A stretch of 64,000 nt of DNA from Euglena gracilis (Eukaryota). The stretch covers positions 7,451,425 to 7,515,424 of the forward strand of contig CP154954.1 in assembly GCA_039621445.1 (NCBI GenBank), written 5' to 3'. The translations under genes were made by a program, and so were the position numbers. Under the pieces are notes generated by a model that had not been told where the DNA came from, ran no database searches, and saw only the letters and a program-made list of their open reading frames with translations. Below, piece after piece: positions 1 through 12,400 of the stretch (within the stretch, counting starts at the first letter, position 1; the number at the start of each line of letters is the position of its first letter).

Positions 1-13
1 TAACTCGCACGAC

Positions 14-3000
14 TCACTTGAAAAGCTGGACAAAGAACGTGGCGATCCCGATGAACACCAGCAACAGACAGGCACACAGTGGCTGGGACGTGGATGCGGA
101 GAGGCCGGAATTTGCTCTGCCGCTCATGACTTGCGAGCAGGGTATTAAAGAGGGGGGGAGGGGCAGGGTTGTAAGGGAATCTCTGAGGGGGGGGGGGGAG
201 GGGGACCCCCCTTCCAAAACTAGGGGGGGGGGGACCCCCGTCGTACCTCCTCCAGTTTTCGGTCGCCAAAAATTTCGGCCGGTTATTTGGGTCAAAAAAA
301 ATCAAACTTTCTGAAATTTCTCAAAAATGGCGGGGAATCAGAGGAAATGCAAAGAACCAAATTGAAGCTTTGAAAATGCCCTATTTAACAGCATTTTGAC
401 ACATTTGATTTTCACGCAATTCCCCGCCTGCCCCAAATTACGGTCATTTTTCGTCATTTTGCAAACTACTTCTTTTTTTCGCAAATGTGTCAGTTTCATG
501 AGTGTGGTGGATACTTGCACCCAGTGGGCCTCTGGATGGATTTAACAATCGGGGGAAAGCGTTATGTAGCGAAATTCCAAAGCTTTGTTCTTCTCTTTTT
601 GATGGCCAAGCTTCTATAATTCACACCCAGATTTTTGTCATTTTCGGCCATTTTCAGCCATTTTCGGCCAATTTTTTCGAAAGGTGGGGGGGTAAAATTT
701 TCTTATAATCCTTTCATACCATCAATGCATTTGATCATTCACGCAGTGCCTGTTGATGTCCCATACGCCCCTCCCAGGAATCTGTCTCCGGGTGCTGCAA
801 AAAACGTCAGGGTACTCCAAAATGTTGGTGAAACGACAATTCCTCGGGCACACTTTCCCTTAGAATGGGTGCACACATATGATATATGATTCCAGCCACC
901 GTGGTCTGCAGGCGCTGGAGTAGCAGGCCAGGATGGAGTTGTACTGGTAGCCCGTGGGCATGTCGGGCATGTCCATGTCCATGCCCGCCATGGACGCCAT
1001 TGCGTCCGTCATGTTGGGCATCGGACGCAGAGACTTCCATTCAAGAGCGCAGGGGATCCGGCAGGGGGTTGGGACATTGAGCACTTTCTTAGAAAACCAA
1101 TTATTAGAAGAAGCGTCCGTGGGGCTCAAATCTTATTAAAGCAGTCTCTGGTTGCCAGCCACGAGAGGTCGCTGGACTGCATGTCCTGGAAGCCTAAGGC
1201 ACACGTGGCGAGGCCGACCCCGTAGGTCACGTTCCCGAAGAAGCGGTGGAACGTTGCCCGCACCGCCGATCCCGATCAAAATTTGAAAAATTCCGGGTGA
1301 TTTCTCTGCTGAACGCTTTCCCACACAGGAAATGGAGATGGCGGAATCCCCCAGCGGAATTCCGACAGCTGGGTGACAGGTGATGGCTGGAAAAAAAGTG
1401 TGGTGGTCGGATCGGGGATCCAATCTGGCAGACTGCCGCCTGTAAAAAAATTTGGCATTTCAGCCAGGGGGTTGGATGGATCTGGCTCAGGTGAGCAGAT
1501 CCATCTGAATTGGAAAATTGTTCGAGGGATGAGGTCTATTTTACAAGTATCTCACTTGTCAGCATTTTGGCAGCATTCCCTAAAACCTCCGGCCAGCTTG
1601 CTGAGCTGGAATCCGACGTCGTGTCACAAAACCCAGCGAAACCTGGGATCTGGGGCGGGTCAGAAGGTCACACGAAAGATAGACGGAAGACCCCACCGCC
1701 ACAGAATCCCATTTGCCCCCCCCCCCCCCGGGACCTCTTTGCCCCAAACTGACATATTAAACTGACACAAACAATTAAGAGGCTTCAATAATTTGTGCCT
1801 TACTAACAATACATCAAACAGAAAACAATTAAACCAAACCATTTCATTGCTTATGTAATTCAGAGTTCGGCGGCATAGGTGCGCGTGCGCAGACAAACAA
1901 ACGAATCGTCACGAGATGGGTGGTGGCCCTGCATCGTTGCTTGACCTGCTCATCCTTGACGAGAACAAAAACAACAGCACCTCAACGACAAGCCACTGCA
2001 GCTGCTGTGGGAAGCTACACAGCAATTTCACTAACAGCACCATGATCAGCGGTGATGAACTTCCTGATAATGGGTTTTTGGCCAGAACAGAGTGAAATCA
2101 CTTCGGATAGGTAGGTTTGTGAATCAAGTCATGCATGCAGTTTCTCTCTGGACCGGATGCAAAAACTACGCAAAAAGTGGTTTTGCATGCCACCTAAAGT
2201 TACTGCAGAACTATTGATCTCACTGGTGGAAATGCATGAAACCTTGGTGACAAATGTTGAAGCTCAAAAGCATTAAAAATACAACTGTGAATTAAAAAAA
2301 ATGCAAACATCTTGAAGGAAACGCGCATTCGACTGAACAGAACCTCCCTCGTTTGACACCACCGTGCGTGGCAGTGGATTGCTCCCAGCAGCTGGAGGAT
2401 CTACAACACAGATTCACTTCGTGACAGATTTTGGACCAGCCAAGCGCCATGCCTGAAAATTTTAAGTGCTTTCGGCCGATTCTGACTAGGTCGAAAGGGT
2501 GGGTGGGTGGGAGGATATCCTGTGTGCCCTGCCCCCTGGGGGGTGGGGTCACACGGGTGTTGAATGAATCCATGGTCCACAACGCGAGGAAGGCAATGGC
2601 CACCCAGGAGTGGGGGGTGTACACCGGGTAGTTCGGGTAGACGTTGTCGCCGTTCTGGCGCTTGTAGGAGACGATGGCCACCAGCCCCCCGATGGCGCAC
2701 CCCAGGCCGGCCAGGTGGAAGACGGCGTGGACGGCCCTGCGCGGGAGCACCGAGTGGATCCGGGCAGCCCTGGAGGAAAACGAATGCCAGAGGCCACTGC
2801 CCAGCCTTCCTGTTTACGCCTGCCAACCCTATACTCTTTCTCCCAACCATCGATCCAACCAGTCAGCCATCCAGCCATCAATGATGCATGCAGCCAAATC
2901 CTTTCATTCTCCAACATTTTCTTTGTTGAAATATTTTCCTCGTTGAAACCATTTGAAACATTTTCCTCAACTCCCCCCAAAAATAATTTTCCCAGGGGTA

Positions 3001-4827
3001 CACATTTAGGAATGCGAAATTATGGCCAGGAGTAATTAATATTTGGGGCATATATTTTTCAAACTAAAATACGCAAAATCTAAACAAAAAATAAATTATA
3101 ATAACATCAAAACAGGCATTCGCATTATTTCCAAGTCGTGTGGATTGTTGACACTTCATTTTAATATTTTAGCATCCCCAGACTCGAAAAAAAAGTTCCT
3201 CCGTGTCCAGCTGAGAATGGGACTTGTAATGAATTTCCAGACAGATCCTGTTCCAAAAAAAAAAACACCCCAAAAAAGTCAAAAAAGGGCATTTAACCGC
3301 AGCGATGTGAACCGCAGAAGCTTGGTCCCACTCCAACCGACCTGCTGCAGCTTGAATGCGGAAGACATTCCGAGTGCCTGTGTCAACCCCGACCTCAATA
3401 CTGGCCAGCCTCCCATTCAGCGTTGCCACAGCACAGCCACGTCGAGGTGGGGGCGGCATACTTGGAGGCAGCTCGGGGAACCGGCAGAGGCCCGAAAAGC
3501 GGAACGGAATAAACGAGGAGGGCCTCCTGCATGCAGATCGGAACAAGGCCCCAGCCAGTCATCCACCAAACATCCAAAAAAAAGTTCAGGAACGATACAA
3601 CAATAAAAGTATGCTGGCGAAAATTCTTATGTCGGTGGCAACCACTTCGGAGAATTATGCGTGAACTCTAAAGTGCAGGACATACAAAAAATTGCCATAG
3701 ACAAAAATGGTAAAATTATTGAAATTCCCCGATATTTTCCCATAATAATCGACCGGTTTGGCTTCTCGAATCCTTCGTCTGTGAGGCTCAGCTAGAAACT
3801 GATTAACGTAACCCAAAAAAATCACATAAAACTTGGAAAGTATTTGACCTTTGATACAATTTTCGATGTTCTGTGACGCGCCCCTTCCCTTCACCATACG
3901 ATTTTCCAAAAAAACGCAGTCGCACTTGAGACCCATTCGCCGCACATTCGCGTTGCAACATGAGCCATCGGTAGGGGGCCTGGGCAGCACAAAGACGACC
4001 ATCAGCACGGCGTGCAGGCCGAAGAGGCTGGAGGCGTCGAGCCCGACGCCCCCCTCGGCGTTGAACACCCACATGAAGAACAGGGCGAGGAAGGGCACGA
4101 GCAGCAGGCGGGGCAGCGCCCGCCTCAGGCCAGCGTTGGTTGGGCGTCCAAGACCAAAAACCACCCCAGGGCAGGACAAAGCAACCCCCCGCCCATTGTT
4201 GGGATACACTGGAAATAACTCAGGGAGCCCCCCCTCGGGGAGGAACATTTTTGTCAAATTGGGTCAAATATGGAGACAAATATTTGGCGCTTTGGCACCG
4301 AAAAAAGTCAAAAAGGCCATTACTTTGCAGGGGACCCACACAATTTACTCGCGATGTTTTTTGGTGACTGGCACCGAACGTTGGTCTGGTCCACAGTACC
4401 CACCGCCACCAATGCCATGGTCGGGAGGTTGGGGGTACTTCTGGCTGGCCCCCTGTGGAGTCGTAAAAGGTTTTCTGCAAAAATGCAACAAGAAGAGAAT
4501 TAGCCTAACCAAATGCAAAGGCGTGTGGAACAAGGTATTCTACAATTCTGAAAACTATTTCATTCCTTTCAAAACAGGAACACTCCTGCACCATCGTGTC
4601 ACTGCATTATACCCCATAAATAAACCGATAGTGAAATTAGAAAAAAAAAGTCAATACACCGGACACTGATATAAACAAGAGTGAAACACAGAAGGACGGG
4701 AGTGGAGCACACCTTCGGGCCACTTCCCCACCTCAGGTTGTGGCTCTTCCGGGTACACGTACACCTCGGGCGTCGGTGTGAAATACTCCGCCTGCCCAAC
4801 CTCCGAAGCCGGTGCGGCAAACTGCAT
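14..4827 (-). CDS. Cytochrome b561 family (6-TM di-heme ascorbate-dependent/metal reductase), tandem copy 1, 9 exons
   Basis: Manual exons: 4713-4827, ~4393-4452, 3986-4149, 3462-3539, 2578-2736, ~2345-2401, 1154-~1270, 907-1022, 14-69. Spliced product reads ...LFGLHAVLMVVFVLICMQEALLVYSVP...ASKAVHAVFHLAG...YTPHSWVAIAFLALWILQLLG...ATFHRFFGNVTYGVGLATCALGFQD...LLLVFIGIATFFVQLFK*. Four His sit at the b561 heme-ligand positions, and ALLVY and xxHSW motifs are present. The exon 1/2 phase and the exon 6/7 junction are unresolved. Confidence 0.88.
70..906 (-). other. Nonconventional (non-GT-AG) intron, b561 intron 8
   Basis: Starts GAC-CACGGTGGCTGG and ends CCAGCCACTGTG-TGCCT, a 12-bp terminal stem with one G-U. 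Removal gives the in-frame sequence YSSAC-S-LLLVF. Both ends are conserved in all three copies. Confidence 0.85.
1023..1153 (-). other. Nonconventional intron, b561 intron 7 (131 nt)
   Basis: AAC-CAGAGACT ... AGTCTCTG-CGTCC, a perfect 8-bp stem with CAG at +4..+6 and CTG at -8..-6. In-frame SWL-A-MPNM. Confidence 0.85.
2737..3461 (-). other. Conventional GT-AG intron, b561 intron 4
   Basis: AA|GTATGC ... cgCAG|G gives ASK-AVH. Donor and acceptor are conserved in all three copies. Confidence 0.8.
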
Positions 4828-4839
4828 TCTTAACAACCC

Positions 4840-4870
4840 CTGCGAAGCGTTGGGGGCGGGGAAAAGAGGG
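4840..4870 (-). promoter_or_regulatory. Putative spliced-leader trans-splice (or 5' UTR) acceptor of b561 copy 1
   Basis: Pyrimidine-rich tract tcttttccccgcccccaacgcttcgCAG ends 12 nt before the ATG. Equivalent AG at 16584-16585 (copy 2) and 26821-26822 (copy 3). The trans-splicing interpretation is inferred from euglenozoan biology. Confidence 0.55.
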
Positions 4871-7030
4871 GCCGCACTTCCCCAGCAGTGATGGGTACGC
4901 GCACGCGGGGTGGGAAATGGGTGCCAGGGAAAGTCAAATCGCGTCATGACTGGAAACTATCGGGGAATCGGCCACCATTCAGACCTCCAGCGTATGGCAC
5001 GGCAAGGAGAAAACCAAGGGATTGTGGCAAATCGGTACCCTGTCATTTTTTTCAGTCCCCCAGGTTTGACCCAGAATTCAGCAGTTTCCTACGGGAAGAG
5101 TTTCCTCCGGTAGTAGCATATCGCTGCGTATCATGCGGTGAGAGTTTGTGTGTCTGTGCATGTGGTTAGTGGTTTTATGTGGAAGTTTGAGGGAGTTGGG
5201 GGGGGGTCTTTGTGTGTACATTGTTCCACCCCGACGTCGTACCGCTTCACCGTCAGCTGGGAGGGGAACGCCTTTCCTTTTGAACAGAAGAACAGGGGCC
5301 AAGGATACGACACCCCCTTCTGTTTCCTATGGTTTTGTGTGTGTGTGTGTGTCAATGACTGATCTTGTTTTGAACCCAAAGCCTTCACTTCAAGGAGTAG
5401 TGTATGATCCGATGAACCCTTCCCAAGCACAGCTGCTTCAGTGTAGGTTGGTTGTTCTATTTTGTTGTGGTACACTCCTCAGTTTCGACCTGAAACACCT
5501 TTAGGGAAAGGCCCCTCATCTGGCACCTCAAACACATTGGAATGCAGGAGGCCAATGTGTTGGCATCACCGAGAAATTCTACTTCTCATATATCGCCCCG
5601 GGTACTGACCAGCTGTTTACTTATAGCCCAAGAATCAGTACGACTTTATTACAAAGGCGTGCAATCTAACTATAAAACCTCCCTAAACCAAGAATATGGA
5701 GGAGGCATTTGACTGGTCTCTTCCGTTTTCCTCCAGGATTTTTCGTCCTCCATTCTGAATTATCCATTCAGTTTTGCAGTTTTCTGCACTTTGCGATGCG
5801 CACCAAGCAACACCTTTCTCTACAGCTGACGAGACTCGAGACCTTTCCTGCTGCCCGTTTGCATTTCAAAAAAAACGTGCACTGGCACGGTGTGCCCCTC
5901 TCCATCCGTGGCTGCTGCATCCCAAAAACAACCCCCGATTATTATCACTTTGGACTCACCTTCCAAACAGGCCGCTCGCCACCCTGACAAAATTGTTTGA
6001 GGTATCCCGACTGTGTGGGCCCAGGTGCCTCACATCCGGCTTCCTCGGTTTGGGGATGGTGCCACATTAAACCATTGCACCTTCAGTCCGTCTGTGTGTT
6101 TAATCTCTAGCACGAGGCACCAAGAGGCCCAGGATCCATGTCAAAACATCCTTGAGGTTGCGGCAGCTCGCCAAGGCTGGCGCACTCCCGGGCGTCTCTA
6201 TCCTGCCGCCTCACCAGTTTTCCGTCCATGCTCAGCAACTCACCCGAGCGGCATATCTTCCCAACCATCGTTTGACCTTCTTCACCCTCCCCGGTCCTCT
6301 TGCGACCACCGCAGTCCCAGCCAAGTCCGGGTGTCCTGGCCTCGGGCTTTTCCCTGGCTGCGTGGCGAGGGCTGGCCTAAGCCCGGCCAGGTTTGGGACG
6401 GTCCATCGACATTTGAAGAAATTCAGGTCTGGGTCCACCTGAGCCTGTTTATGACGCGCAGGGCGATGCTAGCACAAACCAACAGACGCTGGACTGTGGG
6501 TCTGGGCTTGGGGAGGCTGCTCCCGACCCCACCGCCAGCCACACCACCGCCAGAGCCGGCGATATAGGACGGCTCGCGCGAGTGCAGCCCAGGGCTACAC
6601 GGGGGCGCTGGCCTCCATCATAGTACGTGGCCGAAGCCAGTACTGGAACTGGGCAGTGGTGCGAACTGGGATGGCGGGGCTCTTCCACAAACACTGTGCG
6701 ATTAAAAAAAAACTGCATGCGACGTCATAGCACACGAGACCACACTGGACCATCCGCTGCGGAAATTTAACTGCTCAGAGAAACACTTCCTCTCCAATTC
6801 TTCATCCAAAGACCGAGGTTCTTAGCCTCTGACGAGAGAGAGGCAATTTCACTTTATGGGGGACTAAATGGGGGGGATGTGACACTCGGCCAGCACAAAA
6901 AGACAACACAAGCAGATCTCTCGCCAAATCATTTTGTTGATTTGTTTTTGTTATAAATTGTTAAAAATTATTTGGTTTTAAAGACATAAAGACACAGGTG
7001 GGTTTAACTGTGATGACGGGTGGGTTAATG

Positions 7031-7197
7031 TATCCTATCTTGCTCACTTCGTGCCCCCCCCCCGGGCAATTGTCGCGTGACAAATCGGGCAGCACGGGCG
7101 GTGAAAATTTCCCGGGGTGACAATTTGGCCGGCACAGAGGGGGGTGACAATTGCCCGGGGGCGTCAATTGCCCGGGGGGGGGGGGGCAGGTGGGATA
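7031..7197. mobile_element. Short MITE-like inverted-repeat element (interrupted counterpart at ~18507-18952)
   Basis: GC(n)GGGCAATTGTC ... CAATTGCCCG(n)C, with internal GGGGTGACAATT subrepeats. Confidence 0.55.
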
Positions 7198-9453
7198 GAT
7201 AGTTGGCTGTTTAGAAAAGTCATAATCCTTCACCACTTGATGTGCTTCCTGCGAATGCCTGATTGCCCACGAAGACAAGAGATGCCAAGAAAAACCAATT
7301 TTCACCCCCTGGCTTTGAACTTCGAAGGGATTTCAAGACGCTCCGGCGAAATTCTTGGTGGAAACATTGGTGGGGGCCATATTTTTCAGGGATGACCTCT
7401 ATCGGCATTCGCTGCGTTCAAATGAGGATAACTTTCATTTTAACGAGAGTTTAGAAACCCTATCAACTTTGACCCCAGACATTTTGCGAAACGACCGAAA
7501 ATTGGATTGGCTTTTACAAGCTCTCGAACCCAAAATTTTGCCAATTGACAAAGGGTTGCCTTTTGAAGAAGTTTTGATGGAGATGGAGAAACTATGGCCA
7601 CGGTATGAAAGCGATTTGACGTTACGTTTGAAAGTCAAGAATGTCAACCCCCTTCAACCCCCCGAGTGAAGTTCAACGCCTTTTGAAGTCAGATGTGCGT
7701 GGAGACTGAGCACCTTAAAACATTATCCAAAACACAAGTGGGTTTTGTTTTTTGTTCGAGTTTTACTTTCCTTGAGCGAATTAAATCATAAGCCGAGGGA
7801 CCATTTTATCATTCTACAGAAAATAAAACGGATTTTTTTGTACCCCCCCCCACTGGAAGTCTGGTTGGTGTACAATCTGAATGACCCCGCCGCAGGAGGA
7901 CACAGCTAGCACACAACCAGCTGTGCCGGACGGTGACTCGAGGCGCCTGCAGGCGTTCGTTGCCAGGCACATGGGAAACAGCGGCTGGAGACGATAATTT
8001 TTTACACTACCTCGCAGGCTTGATTCCAGCCTTCCAAAATAACATCATCAAAAGAAATTTCTTTGGCAATCCAGGAATGCCGAAATGCAAAAAAAATATC
8101 AGACACATAAATTTTCCCACAAAATAATAATAATAATAAGAACACCCCAAAGAAGACCTGCCAAAAAATAAAAATAAAAAAAAGAGCTCACATAACGTAC
8201 CCAGTGACAACATCAAAACCTTGTTGTTCAGTGCACGTTGGAAGAAAGCATTGAGGAAATTGTTTTTTGAAGAATTTCCTTTAAAAAAAATTGTGCAACA
8301 ACGTTCAGTTGAGCACGTTCAGTGTGCTAAATTAATGTTATTAATTAAAAAAAAACTGGGACACTGCAAAATTATAAGAAAAGATGGTTTTAGAAAAAAA
8401 TCGAAGAATATGCTGTGGAATAGGAAGTTCTTTCAAGGTAACAACAAAAATAAGATTTTTTCAAATCCCAGAACGGTTGAGCATGTGCCATGGTCCAAGA
8501 ATCTAAAGACCTGAAGATTCGGAACAAAAGACTCACCGACCCACAACTGGGCTGTTGAGTGGTGCAAAGCTTGGGCTAGGGTGGCTTTGCTGTCCAGGAG
8601 TACTGAATGGGAAAATGCAGACAATGTGGTTTTCAAGGACCCTGACGTACACCAGAAACTGGCAGGCTGTTGCTTAAGGACGCCGGGGGGGGGGGGGTTC
8701 CAGTGACCAGCCATTTTGCTAGACACTGGAAAAAATGGAGCAGCTGGACCCCCCTCACCCCCACTGGGGGGGGGTCCGCTGATTACGTGATCGTCTCCCG
8801 CAATTTTGGCCAGCGGAAATCCTTAATTTCTAATTCCACAAAAAAAAACATAAAATATAATATATCCAAAAAATGAGAAAACAACTGTCTTGTGTCGAAC
8901 GCTTCCTGGGCCTTTTCTTTTTAGTATTTCCCCCCCAAAATAAGCAAACTGTCGAGGATTTTTTGGGGTTATCCTGTCCCCCAATTTGTGATGGAGCTAA
9001 AACGATCAAAAACTCTATTGCAAGAATGCTGTACACTGCATAAACCAATCGAACGTTCGTTATATTCTCAGATCCTCCCAGAATGAGGAATCAGACAGAG
9101 AGCTTGGAAACAATGAGCAAAACCAGGCTAAAAATGTGGTTGGGCTTCTGGTGAAAAAACCATCCCTGAAAATAGCGGGAAACATAAGAACGATCTTAGG
9201 AATCTGGCCTTTTGACCTGATCAGTGGCCCATGAAAATAACCTTCCGATCTTCCTTCCAACACCATCCGTGCGATCCACACATAATAACACTGTGGGTGT
9301 CAGCAAGGCAGTGTGCTGGTCGGCCCAAACTTTCGGCAGGGAAATGACAATAGGGGTGGCAAGCGAGGCAGGCATCAGCCTCCAGCAAGAGAGAGGGGAG
9401 GCGGATCACTTAAGCACAGAATGGGAGGCAAACAAATCATCAACTCGCACGAC

Positions 9454-12400
9454 TCACTTGAAAAGCTGGACAAAGAACGTGGCGATCCCGATGAACACCA
9501 GCAACAGACAGGCACACAGTGGCTGGGACGTGGATGTGGATGCGGAGAGACCGGAATTTGCTCTGCCCCTCATGACTTGCGAGCAGGGTATTAAAGGGGG
9601 GGGAGGGGTAGGGTTGTAAGGGAATCTCTGAGGGGGGGGGGGAGTGGGGGGGACCCCCCTTCCAAAACTAGGGGGGGGGGGACCCCCCGTCGTACCTCCT
9701 CCAGTTTTCGGTCGCCGAAAATTTAGGCCGGCTTTTTTAGGTCAAAAAAATCAATTTTTCTGAAATTTCTCAAAAATGGCGGGGAATCAGAGGAAATGTC
9801 AAAGAACCAAATTAAATTGAAGCCCTTAAATTCCCTGTCTAACAGCATTTTGATTTTGACGCAATTCCCCGCCTGCCCCGAATTCCCCCCCCCCTGTCCA
9901 ACGACCAGGTTCCTGAAACCCCCGACCCGGGGGGGGGGTCGGACACCACCCCAACATACAATACCCGACCGGGTCGTACCACTAGGTCCTACAATACGGT
10001 CATTTTTCGTCATTTTGCCAAAATTTCACGTTGAGCCTCAAAAGAGCCCGAAAATATACACCCGGAAATTTTTTTGCCCACGCAGAAGAGGGGGAGGGAT
10101 CCCTCCCTTCCAAAACTAGGGGGGGGGGGCGATCCCCCGTGGGGGGTGAGCTGTGGAGCTTCCTTGTTCGGACCCCCAGGTGCAACGGGCCAGACAAACT
10201 TTTGGTTTCCAAAGTCCTTCCAGTACAACATCTAGCTCGGCACAAAAAGTATGCCTGGAGAAATATTTAATACGAGTAATTAGGCAGGGAGAAGCAAACT
10301 ACTTCTTTTCTTCGCAAATGCGTCAGTTTCATGAGTGTGGTAGATACTTGCACCCAGTGGGCCTCTGGATGGATTTAACAATCGGGGGAAAGCGTTATGT
10401 AGCGAAATTCCAAAAGCTTTGTTCTTCTCTTTTTGAAAACCAAGCTCCTACAATCGACACCCAGATTTTTGTCATTTTCGGCCATTTTCGGCCATTTTCA
10501 GCCATTTTCGGCCAATTTTTCCGAAAGGTGGGAAAGTAAAATTATTTTATACTCCTTTCATATCATCAATGCATTTGATCATTCATGCAGGTGTGAGCAA
10601 CAAATAAAGCAAACACATCCAAAAAAATTCGTTTGGAACGAATGCTCAGGGATTAAAGAGGTCAAAGAAATTTTTGTTGCAATATGGCAAAGTTTTGGAA
10701 ATGAGCTTCTTTTGTCTGAAATTATATCAACTCCAACCGGAATCCACGAAAATTTGGCCTTTTATTTTGAACGACAACCACAAAGAAACTTTTGAGCAAA
10801 ATAAAGACTCGAAAAAAAATTGCAAAATTGCAACATATTTCTTTCATTTTCGGCCATTTTCGGATTGATTTTGGGACCCCCACCTGTAGAGCCCAAAATT
10901 TGATTTTGAAAGGCCATTATCGGGCATTTTTTAATAAAAATGCCTGTTGATGTCACATACGCCCCTCCCAGGAATCTGTCTCCGGGTGCTGCAAAAAACG
11001 TCAGGGTACTCCAAAATGTTGGTGAAACGACAATTTCGCGGGAACACTTTCCCTTAGAATGCGTGCACACAAATGATATATGATTCCAGCCACCGTGGTC
11101 TGCAGGCGCTGGAGTAGCAGGCCAGGATGGAGTTGTACTGGTAGCCCGTGGGCATGTCGGGCATGTCCATGTCCATGCCCGCCATGGACGCCATTGCGTC
11201 CGTCATGTTGGGCATCGGACGCAGAGAGTTCCATTCAAGAGCGCAGGGGATCCGGCAGGGGGTTGGGACATTGAGCACTTTCTTAGAAAACCAATTATTA
11301 GAACAAGCGTCCGTGGGGCTCAAGCAATCTCTGGTTGCCAGCCACGAGAGGTCGCTGGACTGCATGTCCTGGAAGCCTAAGGCACACGTGGCGAGGCCGA
11401 CCCCGTAGGTCACGTTCCCGAAGAAGCGGTGGAACGTTGCCCGCACCGCCGATCCCGATCAAAATTTGAAAAATTTTAAAAAAATTTAAACCCACACAGG
11501 AAATGGAGATGGCGGAATCCCCCAGCGGAATTCCGACAGCTGGGTGACAGGTGATGGCTGGAAAAAAAGTGTGGTGGTCGGATCGGGGATCCAATCTGGC
11601 AGACTGCCGCCTGTAAAAAAATTTGGCATTTCAGCCAGGGGGTTGGATGGATCTGGCTCAGGTGAGCAGATCCATCTGAATTGGAAAATTGTTCGAGAGA
11701 TGAGGTCTATTTTACATGTATCTCACTTGTCAGCATTTTGGCAGCATTCCCTAAAACCTCCGGCCAGCTTGCTGAGCTGGAATCCGACGTCGTGTCACAA
11801 AACCCAGCGAAACCTGGGATCTGGGGCGGGTCAGAAGGTCACACGAAAGATGAAGACCCCACCGCCACAGATTCCCATTTGCCCCCCCTGGGACCTCTTT
11901 GCCCCAAACTGACATATTAAACTGACACAAACAATTAAGAGGCTTCAATAATTTGTGCCTTACTCACAATACATCAAACAGAAAACAATTAAACCAAACA
12001 ATTTCATTGCTTATGTAATTCAGAGTTCGGCGGTATAGGTGCACGTGCGCAGACAAACAAACGAATCGTCACGAGATGGGTGGTGGCCCTGCATCGTTGC
12101 TTGACCTGCTCATCCTTGACGAGAACAAAAACAACAGCACCTCAACGACAAGCCACTGCAGCTGCTGTGGGAAGCTACACAGCAATTTCACTAACAGCAC
12201 CATGATCAGCGGTGATGAACTTCCTGATAATGGGTTTTTGGCCAGAACAGAGTGAAATCACTTCGGATAGGTAGGTTTCAGAATCAAGTCATGCATGCAG
12301 TTTCTCTCTGGACCGGATGCAAAAACTACACAAAAAGTAGTTTTGCTCCTAAAATTACTGCAGAACTATGAAAATGTGCAAAATTGGGCAAAAAAAAATG

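Noticed and set aside
9408-9457. GTGAGT overlapping the b561 stop codon as a donor for an extra C-terminal exon
   Set aside because: Only a weak AAG acceptor follows and the protein already ends sensibly after TM6. It cannot be fully excluded without cDNA.
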